A stretch of DNA of 64,000 bases, taken from assembly GCA_024679065.1 (NCBI GenBank), contig JAGIQG010000003.1:100068001-100132000 (forward strand), given 5' to 3'. This document shows, one piece after another, positions 62,861 to 64,000 of this stretch. Below the pieces are notes generated by a model. It did no database searches. It was not told where the DNA came from and was given only the letters and a program-made list of their open reading frames with translations. The DNA is from Sphyrna mokarran. Taxonomy: Eukaryota. The position numbers and the translations under genes were made by a program. How positions within the stretch are numbered: position 1 is the stretch's first letter; every line of letters starts with the position of its first letter.

Positions 62861-63825
62861 TTTAGGACCACATCAATCATTTCCTTATGGGTATAGTACT
62901 AAAGAGTAGGGAGCAGATTTTCAGCTTATTTGGAAAAAAAACTTCTGGCTAAAATACAAAGCTTATTTCTTAGCTGGCACAAGTACTTCAGGATTTTTTT
63001 TTAAAAAAACAACAAACATCAAGCAGAGTTCAGTAAAATAAAATCTGGAGCAATAGCAGTCATTTAAAATCAGAACCAGTAAGTTAGGCTGTGCCAGTTA
63101 TTGTAATGGACTATTTAACCAGTAATTGGTAATAATATTTCCAATTATGTGAAATTTTTCTTCAAGTGGCCTCTGGATCATTTCCAGAATGCTTTCAGCA
63201 TCTTGCAGTAAGTCACTAAGATATTACAATATCAGCCAATACACTATTACATCACCATTGTTTGATCAAATGAAAACATGCAGGTCTAACGTAGTGCCCA
63301 AGAAATCTCCCAGAAACAAACCAAAATGATACTACATACTCAAAACCTATCTGTAGTATCTTAAAAGATGAAAGGTAAACAGGCTAAAAACATCCAGACT
63401 GTATGCTAGAGCATTGGCAACTGAAGTTACAGCTACCAGTGGCGGAACAGTTAAAGCAGACAAGAGACCAGAATCGGGGAGAGAGAGAAAGATGCCAGAG
63501 GAAATTAAAGATAAACAGCAAAGGCAAAGAGGAATTTGAAATTAAAGATGGAAATTTTAAATCAATGTCTTCAACCAAGTACAATGAATCTAAGATGATA
63601 TAGGAATAGGAGTTGCTGGAGTTCAGATTCAGAATACCATTCCATGGTTCAAAAAAAATGTTTATAGCTAAGATAGATTTAAAATTTGTATAGTTTTAAA
63701 CATTCAAAAATGATCAGAACTAAAGAAAATGCTAATTTATAATTTATTTCAGTAAGTGTTATGATAGGGAAGGGGTTAGGTTAAATCCTTATTTTTACTA
63801 AACTTTTCCAGGTTTGTGTCACGAT

Positions 63826-63990
63826 AGTCAGTGCCAGGCATCTGGGTTCAATTCCAGCTTTGAGGCGCTGTTTGGAGTTTTCCCCCTCTTCCCACATGTG
63901 CATTTCCTCTTCAGGTGCTCCAATTTCCTCCCATAGTCCAAAGATGTACAGGTTAGGTGGACTGGCTATACTCAATTGCCCTTTAGTATG
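63826..63990 (+). mobile_element. HE1-like V-SINE (5'-clipped, runs to window end)
   Basis: cagtgccagg..ctgggttcaattcc...ggagttt...ggtgctccaatttcctcccatagtccaaagatgtacaggttaggtgga. Confidence 0.82.
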
Positions 63991-64000
63991 TATCCAATAT

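Noticed and set aside
62857-62866. Perfect CArG box CCTATTTAGG
   Set aside because: A few such 10-mers are expected by chance in 64 kb of AT-rich DNA, and this one borders a repeat remnant far from the LMOD3 promoter.

Overview
Eukaryotic (vertebrate) genomic DNA, almost certainly a shark or other elasmobranch, judged from the HE1-type V-SINEs, Deu-domain SINEs and dense CR1 LINEs. Two real genes are present. (1) A complete three-coding-exon LMOD3 (leiomodin-3) on + (37347-37634, 38700-40142, 48532-48558; 585 aa). Its 27-nt last coding exon is absent from the ORF track. (2) Coding exons 2 and 3 of ARL6IP5/PRAF3 on - (56410-56193, 55499-55324); exon 1 was not found and presumably lies beyond the right edge. 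The tail-to-tail LMOD3/ARL6IP5 arrangement matches human 3p14. A solitary, CpG-decayed histone H2B copy with an open frame lies about 3.5 kb upstream of LMOD3. Most of the rest is decayed retroelements (CR1, Rex1/Babar, L2-like, Penelope, SINEs, a probable solo LTR) plus a few TIR elements, and these account for nearly all other ORFs in the track. I see no convincing new protein-coding system. The most unusual signals are several templated-insertion/fold-back scars (one inside the H2B ORF), a palindromic Penelope-derived mini-element with a hammerhead-ribozyme remnant, multi-level nested insertions, and SINEs sharing one head but carrying two different tails. All family assignments are from recognition of motifs, not from database searches; repeat boundaries are approximate unless stated.
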